DNA of 64,000 nt, from NCBI RefSeq assembly GCF_006345805.1, contig NC_043007.1:1-64000 (forward strand). The letters run 5' to 3'. The notes beneath the pieces were generated by a model, which saw only the letters and a program-made list of their open reading frames with translations, was not told the DNA's origin and ran no database searches. Source of the stretch: Octopus sinensis (lineage: Eukaryota). Below, piece after piece: positions 53,716 through 64,000 of the stretch. Positions within the stretch are counted from its first letter, which is position 1. Each line of letters begins with the position of its first letter. The position numbers were made by a program, and so were the translations under genes.

Positions 53716-53832
53716 ATGGAGTATGAACTGACTACTTCTTGATTGCGAGCCTGACTACTCTAATCACTGAGTCATTTGCATTCGAATTGTAATTACAGAT
53801 GAGGTAAACGTTATGTAGTTAAAGAGTTGTGT

Positions 53833-54218
53833 TGGAAGCACTCCGTCGGTTACGACGATGAGGGTTCCGGTTGATCCGAATCAACGGAACAGCCTGCTCG
53901 TGAAATTAACGTGTAAGTGGATGAGCACTCTACAGACACGCGCACCCTTAACGCAGTTCTCGGGGATATTCAGCGTGACACAGAGAGTGACAAGGCCGGC
54001 CTCTTGAAATACAGGTACAACAGAAACAGGAAGTAAGAATGAGAGAAAGTTGTGGTTAAAGAGTACAGCAAGGATCACCACCATCCCCTGCCGGAGCCTC
54101 GTGGAGCTTTTAGGTGTTTTCACTCAATAAACACTCACAACGCCCGGTCTGGGAATCGAAACCGCGATCCTATGACCGCGAGTCCGCTGCCCTAACCACT
54201 GGGCCATTGCGCCTCCAC
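53833..54218 (-). mobile_element. SINE group C, tail type 1, full length
   Basis: 12-bp TSD AAAGAGTTGTGT (53821-53832 / 54219-54230). Confidence 0.93.
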
Positions 54219-55509
54219 AAAGAGTTGTGTAACAAAGCGCGGAATGTAGGAAGGTCTGTAACTCCAGGGAATGTCTTTTCCTAAAGCCCTGCGTAGTGGC
54301 AATCCATGCATAGTTATTATATGATTTGTGTAAAAATGAAACTTAGATAATTGTGTATTAACGTGATGTACTATTATATAACTAAAAAAAAATAGTGGTT
54401 GTGGAATGAGAGGAAGTGAGAAGAATGTCATCTTTTTATTGAAGTAAAAAAAATATTTTTAACTCGTCTGTCATTTGACGCATGCGCTTCAGTGGATGTA
54501 ATTGCTGTGTGCCAGTCAACGAAGTCTATACCGCTTATTGTTTTGGAAAGAGAGAACAAGACTTTATAAGGAAATAGTAAGACAAGAGCACGGTGGTGTC
54601 AATGGAGAAGAACAGTTGAAGATTATATGTACTGGTTGAATGAATCCGCTAATAAGATTTAATTTTTTTTGCTTTTTATCTGAACATAGTGCAATGTCCT
54701 GGCGTGATAAGAAACCAAATCTCCTTAAGTTACAGGTCAGCACTTTGTTGAAGAAACCAGTACTATTTCTACGTTCAACCAATCACTCGTGAAATAAAAG
54801 ATAACTTCGGGTATAAGAGAGAAATTATTATTCATTCAAATGTTATCTAAACGATTTAAAAGTTAAGTTTAATTCCAGTTATTTTCTTTAAAAGAATGCA
54901 AATTAAGAAGTTATCTTTAGAAAATATAATTTTGTTGACGGAAACTAAATTTGAGATTTTATTTTCAAAAATTCAAAATAAATAAATAAATAGAAAAATG
55001 AATAAATAAATAAATAAATAAGCATTTCTATACAAATTCGTTTTAATTAATTTGATTCTGTATCAAACACCAAATAATAATCGAGCAATTTCTTTTTTGA
55101 GAGTTTTATAAAATTATAGCAGAATATCTAATTGAAGTAACGGATTTATAACGTCATAAGAAATTACTGAATTGCTTTTGGAGTTGTCGAAGAAAATATA
55201 TAATTCAAATAAATGAACAGAAACAGAAATAAATTCAACTAAAAAGGAAGTTAATACGAAAAGAAAAGAACAAACTAGCTTTCTGATAGAATTAGCGGCT
55301 TGATGGTCACAAAGGAAAAAATATTAGTTTTTAACATTGAGTAACTTTCTGTCGTAATGACGAGAATTATATCGATTTTCATTCTGCCTATGATAATTCT
55401 ATTTCTAATCGTTTCCCGTGTATTCAAAACTGTGTTTTTGGTTATATAAATTAATTTTTAAATACCATCGTAACCCTTACACATACAACACATATATATG
55501 TGCATGCAT

Positions 55510-55926
55510 AAGGTGGCGAGCTGGCAGAGTGGTTAGCACGCCGGGCGAAATGCTTGGCGGTATTTCGTCTGCCGTTACGTTGTGAGTTCAAATTCCGCAG
55601 AGATCGACTTTGCCTTTCATCCTTTCGGGGTCGATAAATTAAGTACCAGTTATGCACTGGGGACGATATAATCAACTTAATACCTATGCCTGTCCTTGTT
55701 TGTCCCCTCTATGTTTAGCTCCTTGTGGGTAATAAAGAAATAGGTATTTCGTCTGCCGCTACGTTCTGAGTTCAAATTCCGCCGAGGTCGACTTTGCTTT
55801 TCATCCTTTCGGGGTCGATAAAGTAAGTATCAATTACGCACTGGGGTTTCGATGTAATCGGCTTAATACGTTTCTCTGTCCTTGTTTGTCCCCTCTATGT
55901 TTAGCCCCTTTGGGTAATAAAGAAAC
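55510..55926 (+). mobile_element. SINE group A dimer
   Basis: Junction AAAGAAATAGGTATTTCGTCTG near 55740. Confidence 0.9.
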
Positions 55927-56067
55927 ATCCATATGCATGCATCTAGTGAATAAAGCACAAATTGGGGATTGTTGTTTGACTCAAGTCAGCCCTGTGATCG
56001 AAACCGTTCCCCTTGTGACCACATCATTTATTATGCATAGATATTGATGTGGCAGGGACTGCAATAT

Positions 56068-56477
56068 ACTCTTTACTCTTTTACTTGTTTCAGTCATTTT
56101 GACTGTGGCCATGCTGGAGCACCGCGTTTAGTCGAGCAAATCGACCCCAGGATTTATTCTTTGGAAGCCTAGTTCTTATTCTATCGGTCTCTTTTGCCGA
56201 ACCGCTACGTTACGGGGACGCAAACACACCAGCATTGGTTGTCAAGCGATGTTGGGAGAACAAACAGAGACACACAAATATATACACACACACATATATA
56301 CATATACATATATACGATGAGCTTCTTTTAGTTTCCGTCTACCGAATCCACTCACAAGGCTTTGGTCAGCCCGAGACTATAGTAGAAAAAACTTGCCCAA
56401 GGTGCCACGCAGCGGGACTGAACCCAGAACCATGTGGTTGGTAAGCAAGCTACTTACCACACAGCCACTCCTACGCC
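56068..56477 (-). mobile_element. SINE group B, full length
   Basis: Colinear with the other B copies. Confidence 0.92.
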
Positions 56478-56881
56478 TATATATGCAAATTATTATTTTA
56501 AAAGACAACAGGGTGTGGTTTTTAAGAGCGATTCGGATGTCAATTTTAGAAGGGCGAGTGACTACCTTGTAGTGCCCACTTTATATATACATATGTATGT
56601 CTGTGTGTGTGTGTGTGTGTGTGTTCATATATACAAATATATATCATTTTGCAATTATGTAAAAGTGTCGTAAGTCCAAAATTGCTTCTTCGGAAAACGG
56701 AAAGATAGTTTCAACATTCCATAGTAAAACTGTTGTATTACACTTCGATAATTTCTGATATCTTAGCACCTGGAGATGCGATAGTTTGACCCAAAAAATC
56801 GGCCATTGCAAGCAAAAATAAATATTGAAAGAAATGCATTTGGCCAAATTTGGACATACGGCAGCTTAACATAATAGCAAC

Positions 56882-56928
<47 letters not shown>

Positions 56929-57214
56929 ATATAAGGATAAGATCGTTAATTTAAAAATAAAATAACAATTTTATCAAGTGGTCAGCATAGAAAAAATAAC
57001 CTTCAGAGGTAATAATTATTAAAATTATAAATTAGCATATCTACGAATGCAAAGTCAGAAATCCGGGATCTAGAATTATCCACTAATTTTTTACTAGTTT
57101 CATCTTGTCTCTTTGTTTTCTCTCCGTGTTGATATATGGACAATTAAGGTAGTTTTAGAGTCAGATCATGGCTGCTATTTTCAGCATGGTGGTATCTCCT
57201 AGATAGCCTAATTT

Positions 57215-57248
<34 letters not shown>

Positions 57249-57296
57249 TCTATTTACATCTCTCTCTCTCTCACTCTCTCACTATCTGTCTATATG

Positions 57297-57343
<47 letters not shown>

Positions 57344-57974
57344 TTATTTATAAATACCTTTCGTGCAGATATGAAATAGTTTCCATTGGACAGTACATGA
57401 AAGCTTCAAACTGCACAAACGAAATCCCTTAAAAGAAAACTTCAAAACCCCATTTTCCATACGACATATTTCCAAATTGCAACGATCTCTATTTCGCGCT
57501 TTAACATGTTTTTCACCTTCAGTAATTTCCGAATCAAAGATAATTCTTACAATTAATCTTAAAAGTGGATTAACAGTGAAATAATTCTGGAAGGTCCATT
57601 AGAAAGTGAAAATGATATAAAAGTCGGCCAGAACGCAATTTAAAGTGGCTATCATTATATGTAATTCAAGTGAATTGCTGAATATTGGAGAAAGAGTGCA
57701 ATTATGAACAAAGTTATTTAACGAGGCAATGAAACTCAGTACTAAATACTGCAGTCGAAAAGATGAAATGTCAATCCGCCCACATAATGATTTAGATTTG
57801 ACAGCGATGGTGAATGGCCGCTGTTGTGAATAAACGTGACGTCGAAGATGGCGCGCGGTGATGCTATTTGAAAGAGGAGAAAAGAAAGCAGCCGTTTCAT
57901 TGTCATTCATTCATTGATTTGCACTGGGGAATTGTATTGTATTAACGCTAAGTTTGGTATATATATATATATAT

Positions 57975-58067
<93 letters not shown>

Positions 58068-58187
58068 ATATACACATATATACATATATACATATGTACA
58101 TATATATATGTGTGTGTGTAGTGTGTGTATATGTGAATATATATATGTATATAGGTATATGCATTATGCATAATTAACAATTACTCC

Positions 58188-58222
<35 letters not shown>

Positions 58223-58255
58223 CTGTGTATGTCTGTGTGTGTATGTATATACATA

Positions 58256-58471
58256 TTCTTTTACTCTTTTACCTGTTTCAGTCATTTGACTACGGCCATG
58301 CTGGAGCATCGCCTTTAGTCGAACCAATCGACATAAGGGCTTATTCTTTGTAAGCCGAATTCTGATTCCATCAGTCCCTTTTGCCGAACCGTTAAGTTGC
58401 GGGGTCGCAAACATACCAACATCAATTGTCAAGCGATAGTGGGGCGGGGGGACAGACACAGACACAAATAT

Positions 58472-58503
<32 letters not shown>

Positions 58504-58665
58504 TCGACGGGATTCTTTCAGTTTCCGTGTACCAAACCCACTCACACACCTTTCGTCGGCTCGAGGCTATAACAGAAGACACTGGTCCAAGGTGCCACAC
58601 AGTGGATAGAACCCGGACCATGTGATTGGGAAGCAGGCTCCTTATCACACAGCCACGCCTGCGCC

Positions 58666-58667
<2 letters not shown>
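58256..58667 (-). mobile_element. SINE group B, full length, diverged
   Basis: Colinear with the other B copies. Confidence 0.88.
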
Positions 58668-58722
<55 letters not shown>

Positions 58723-58733
58723 TATATATAATC

Positions 58734-58830
58734 CTAAGTGGTGTCTCCAGGGAACTGTTCTGGGGCCATTACTGTTCATAATAATCCTCTTAGACATGTC
58801 CACGGTCACTTGGACAGCCAAATTTGCATT
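58734..58830 (+). pseudogene. LINE (CR1/L2-like) RT fragment
   Basis: KWCLQGTVLGPLLFIIILLDM corresponds to the GVPQGSVLGPLLF RT motif. Confidence 0.7.
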
Positions 58831-59903
58831 ACCAAATTTGCAGTCCATATTGGTTGCAAGCCTGCTTGAACATGAAACTGTAACATTCATGTAATTCTTA
58901 CCACTATCTATTGCGCTTATACCTTTCACTCCACGCTCTATTTCCTCTCTTTTATCGAAGATCTAGAATACTTTGTATACGCTTCTAATTTCATGATGTT
59001 TCTCGTATAGACGCGTAGTTTGAGTGAGATATTTTCATGGCCAAAATTCTTTGTTGCAACTCCATTGCAACACAACCTTCGTTTATTCAACCAGAGGCAT
59101 CTAAATATATAAAAGTCAGCTGTATACAAGTGACCTTTCGAAGAAATCTGCAGATATTATTGAATTGATTCATGGGAAACCTGCTTCCACAGCAAGATTT
59201 CATTCCCTCCTCTACGTAAATGAAAATATCAGGACATGAAAACGCCTCCTCATTTATAAGAAAATTAATGAATTAAGATAATTTACGCACAACCTTCTAA
59301 ACATGATATATTATATTCACTAAATATCCCAAAATTCTTTTCCAAAATAAGCTTAAAGAGATTAATCTCAATTATACCTTTTAATTTTTTAATTACCATA
59401 CGGAGAAAATTTTCCAATTGCACAATAATTTTGACGAAGAATTACTAGTTAAGAGTGTAACTCAAAATTATATAAAAACCTACGCACATATGCGAAATAA
59501 CGTGAATACAGTGGCCAAAGGAATATCACAAAGCCTAAAAGGTAGAAGCATTAGCTAAATGAAGTTATTTATCGCATCCACAGATCTAAAAGGAAACTTT
59601 ATAACTAAATTCTAATGCAAGCTCATTATCAATACTGAATTAGTTATAGATTTAATTAGTAAGAAACTTCTTAATAATTCATTAACAGACTTCAATGATG
59701 GAGACGTAGTTACGTAATATTAAAATGGATGAAAGGCATTGATGCATTAATAACGAACACGAATATAGGATCATAGGATTTGAGATCGTAAATTTTTACC
59801 TATCAATTTTTAAACATGCAAATAACTTAACTCAACGATAAAACCATTATACATAGCAGCAAAAATATTTAGACAGTGCCGACAGCATAGTAAAGAATCT
59901 GAA

Positions 59904-59907
<4 letters not shown>

Positions 59908-59936
<29 letters not shown>

Positions 59937-60490
59937 TGTATGTATGTATGTATTCATGTAGGTATGTATGTATGTATGTATGTATGTATGTATGTATTCA
60001 TGTATGTATGTATGTATGTATGTATGTATTTATGTACGTATGTATGTATGTATGTATGTATGTATGTATGTTTTCATGTATGTATGTATGTATGTATGTA
60101 TGTATGTATGTATGTATGTATTTATGTACGTATGTATGTATGTATGTATGTATGTATGTATTCATGTATGTATGTATGTCTGTCTGTCTGTCTGTATGTA
60201 TGTATGTATGTATGTATTCATGTATGTATGTATGTATGTGTGTATGTATTTTTGTATGTATGTATGTATGTATGTATTCATGTACGCATGTATGTATGTA
60301 TGTATGTATGTATGTAATCATGTATGTATGTATGTATGTATGTATGTAATCATGTATGTATGTATGTATGTATGTATTATGTATGTATGTATGTATGTAT
60401 GTATGTACGCATGTATGTATGCATGTATGTATGTATGTATGTATGTATGTATGTATGTATGTATGTATGTATGTATTCATGCATGTATAC
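59908..60490. repeat. (TATG)n array with recurring interruptions
   Basis: Direct reading. Confidence 0.95.
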
Positions 60491-60782
60491 AGATAAGAAA
60501 AGAAATGAAGCAACAGTTAACAATGAGAAGTTGATGATTGGTATTAAAAGGTCATAGTTTAATTGTAGTTCAGTTACATTTGCAGCTGTTTACTGAAGCT
60601 TTTCATCGTAAACGGTGGGTGAAGTCTGTTAATTTTGAAATCACTTCTTTTAGATATACATCTTTAGCTGGAATCGGTATATTCTTTAATGATGCTTCTA
60701 TTGTTATTTGCTCCATTTTACCAGAGATGTATTAATTTTTTTCAGGCTACTGTTGCTTTATATATATATATATATATATATA

Positions 60783-61257
60783 CGAGGCCTGATAAATAAG
60801 TATCGGAACTGTTGCCATAGTAGCGAAGCTAAAGCACGCTGTGTAAAGCCACTTGGCAAAGATTGACCTTGAACAAGAGTTTGACGTTCTAGCTCACTTC
60901 AGCTGTTTACAACAGTGCTTGGAAAAAAGGTGTGCAGTATGTGATCGTCGCATTTACCATGACAATGTTTTCGTGGCGATAACTGCCCAAAAGGCTACGC
61001 AAAGCTGCAGAAAGTGTATGGAGAGGAGTGTATGAGCGACACACGGGTGTGCAAGTGGTTCAGAGGTTTCCAAGATGACCGAAAAAAGTCGATATTGACG
61101 AACGTTCTGGGAGACTCACAATCAGCAGGACTGAGAAAAATATCGCAATTGTGCGTGTGACTGTGGAGAGAAATTGTCGAATCACCATCCATAAGTTATC
61201 AGAGGATATGCAAATTAGTTACGGTTCAGTGCAGTCCATTATCACTGAAGAATTGGT
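60783..61257 (+). mobile_element. mariner-like transposon 5' remnant inserted at (TA)n
   Basis: TA|CGAGG.. start; LQKVYGEECMSDTRVCKWFRGFQ (frameshift) DERSGR..ISRTEKNIAIVR..RITIHKLSEDMQISYGSVQSIITEEL matches the mariner HTH N-terminus. Confidence 0.85.
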
Positions 61258-61274
61258 AAATATTTAATTGACTT

Positions 61275-61392
61275 CAAAAGAATGAAACGCCAAGTCGACG
61301 TCGGTGAAACTTAAACTCAGAACGTAAAGAGCCGAAGAAAACGCTGCTAAGCATTTTGACCGATGTGCTAATGATTCTGACAGCTCACTGCA
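61275..61392 (-). mobile_element. SINE group A, degraded
   Basis: CAAGTCGACGTCGG...AACTCAGAACGTA...AGCATTTTGACCG..CAGCTC. Confidence 0.65.
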
Positions 61393-62227
61393 TGAGTCAT
61401 AAAGTTTAACTCTATTTAATAACGCTCGTCTACGACCAAAGCTTCCCTTGTTAACAAGTTTTCAATGCAATTACAATGTAAGCTAACAATTTCTAGTCCA
61501 GATCCATTATAAGCCCTTGATGAATTGATACGTTACGTAACATCATTACAATTGATGCTATTCTTAAATTTATTCTATGCGGTCGCCTTGCAGATGGCGT
61601 TAATAAGTTAACAAGTCCAGATGGACTTATGAGTTAAGTAATTATATTGTGTAGTGTTCATTATCTACCCGATAATCATTATTTGATCTATATTAAAATG
61701 TGTTTGGACATTTCTTGGCAGAAGTTCCAAAATCTCATTTAAAGAAAGACGGTTGTAATTCTTAGCAGAAAGTATTTCGCGTTATCTTTCCCTTATCTCA
61801 GATGCTTCCCTAAAAACAGAATTTACTGAACAATTTCCAACGCATGAAGAGTGTGATATTTCAACGCTTACCGGTTTTAAATTCTACATAGAGTGGTTCG
61901 ATTCCCAAGTAGGAACAGACTCAAATTTGAAAAAACAAGTCCTTTTGTTCTACTGTCCTCAAATTTGAGTTGTATTATCTGAAATATTCGAGTCAACAAT
62001 AGCATTCTATGTTACAAATTGGAAAAATCTTATATATCATTGTTTTATATCTTTTAGCTCTTTCAGTCATTAGACTGGGGCACCGCCTTGAATGATTTTA
62101 GTCGAAAGCATTTTCTTCTGAAAACCAGGTCCTTATTTCATCGGTGTCTTTTTGCTGTGTTTTTACACCTTCCAAATCCACTCACAGTGCTTTCATGGCA
62201 TTTATTGATGATATCAATAGGAAAAGT

Positions 62228-62518
62228 GTGGAGGCGCAATGGCCCAGTGGTTAAGGCAGCGGAGTCGCGGTTTCGATTCCTAGACATGTCGTTGTGAGTG
62301 TTTATTGAGCGAAAACACCTAAAGCTCCACGAGGCTCCCGCAGGAGGTGGTGGCGATCCCTGCTGTACTCTTTCGCCACAACTTTCTCTCACTCCTTCTT
62401 CTGTTGGCCTGCTCGCTTAGCCAGCGGGGTGGCGTCATTTGGAGGCTAAAACAATGCGAAGCACATTGTGACCAGCGATGTGTAGCAACATCTGATAGCC
62501 TGGTCGGTCACAGTGATG
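62228..62518 (+). mobile_element. SINE group C, tail type 3, inserted at a degraded SINE B (~62048-62210, minus)
   Basis: 12-bp TSD AATAGGAAAAGT (62216-62227 / 62519-62530); same head and body as C1/C2 with a different 3' tail. Confidence 0.9.
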
Positions 62519-63857
62519 AATAGGAAAAGTAGACGTGGATAATTTTCGAACGAATTAAATCCAGACAACTAACAAAACCCGTTTATTCCGAGACAGGAGA
62601 CACATCCCAAGTTCTTATAGAATCAGCGGTGTTCGTAGTTTGCGTAAACTATGCATCCTAGAAGCAATATCTGTCCATGCAACAACACTTGATTCATTAA
62701 TTTTGTTATTCCTGTGCTGAGGAATGATTATTTCCTGTAAATTTTACCACATTCTCCAAGAGCATCGGTATAAAAGTAAGAATGTTCCATGGTTTTTCCC
62801 CCCTCTTCATTTACGCTTATAAATTCTTCTTGATGTTCTTCTGGTCCACTTCTCAGATAATTTGTTCCATTTTTGATGCTAACTTGAATCACTGAATGAA
62901 GAGTGGATTTCCTAGTTTTTCTTCCTGTCCTCAATTCAAAAACATAAATAGTTCTTTTTTGTTTTTATCTTAAAGAGGTCTAAATTTGAATTAAATATCG
63001 AAGACTGCAAAATGTACACGTGATGACAAATATTACTCCAAGTTTTGGCGCCATTCAAATATTAATGCTTTCCCTAAAATATTTACAAATTCATCGCCGT
63101 TTTGCAATAACCCTATCCGTATTGAAGCATTTTTAAAATTCAAAAAGTTATTCTTGAACGGTTCTTAATACCACGCAGATTCTTGTTCCGGAAATTTGAA
63201 ACAGCAATAGGCAGAGATGAAATTTTTCAACATATTTCGGGTTCACCTTAATTGAATCCACCTTAATTGCAAATCAAATACTCCACAATAATAGCATAGT
63301 TACCCAGGTATGAAAATGTCTCCTACTATTTCATATTAGAAAAAGTTTTGGAATAATCGATATTCACTGCGGAGAACCATAAGAGAATAAAGTAGGGGAT
63401 GTACATACCATGGCAGAGAGAACATCCTTTTCGCATTTCTTATTTCTTCGATATAATGTAATATTTCTATTCTCATAGGAAGCTCTGTTTTGACCAATAT
63501 TGAGAGCAGTAATTTAATTATACGTTATAAAACTGTACTGCCTAATCTTTGGACCTCGTCTGAAATGAAATTTTACATTGGGAATAAGAAAAATGTCTGA
63601 GATTGCACCTGCTTCTACTAACTCTACCAAACGACTTTTTTTTGTCTATGTATCTGAACATTTAGAGTGCAATAATGCTTGCTTTGAAAGATATCATGCC
63701 GATTTATTGTAGCTTACATTTCGACTTATTTTAGAACATGGTTGAGTCCATAAAATAGGATTTGACTACACCTCCATTTAGAGCACAGTTTAAGCTATCT
63801 TTTCGAGGAAGAAGGTTTACGTTCCTATAACCTGTGTTAATTCTGTAACCCTTTAAA

Positions 63858-64000
63858 ATGGAAGAAAAGAAAGTTCATTTTCAGCACTTGATGCTTTGGG
63901 AACCAGACAAAAATTGCTGCAGCTCGGCTGGGATGTGTTACCCCACCCTCCATATTCACCAGACATTGCTCCTTTGGATTTCCACTTATTCAGGCCTCTG
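63858..64000 (+). pseudogene. Internally deleted mariner transposase, runs off the window
   Basis: [14 protein letters not shown] start joined out of frame to [33 protein letters not shown] (63902-64000), the mariner YSPDLAP motif. Confidence 0.88.

Noticed and set aside
61240-61300. CTGAAGA...GAAAC GCCAA GTC
   Set aside because: Spans the mariner/SINE junction; no stem I.

Overview
Repeat-saturated, AT-rich animal genomic DNA. It is most likely an octopus: the SINE repertoire and the density of TA/TATG/TCTA microsatellites match my recollection of Octopus genomes (inference, no database search). I cannot support any host protein-coding gene. Nearly all supplied ORFs are translations of microsatellites or SINEs, and only two weak minus-strand exon candidates were seen. 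The window holds three tRNA-derived SINE groups (labelled A/D, B, C here), many with clean target-site duplications, nested insertions or head-to-tail multimers. It also holds four non-autonomous Helitron copies of two families, two copies of a Merlin-like MITE, two mariner remnants, and decayed LINE and Penelope-like (RT/GIY-YIG) fragments. The main signal is ten hammerhead-ribozyme (HHR)-like motifs found by eye, belonging to roughly nine unrelated sequence contexts and mostly next to (TA)n. They include an intact HHR in a 511-bp terminally redundant retrozyme-like unit, an HHR at the apex of a ~380-bp foldback element, an inverted pair in which one arm has a compensated G3:C8 core, and three HHRs sharing a non-canonical U10.1-U11.1 pair. 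HHRs in Penelope pLTRs are known; the diversity, variant cores and foldback architectures here merit testing. All folds were derived by hand.
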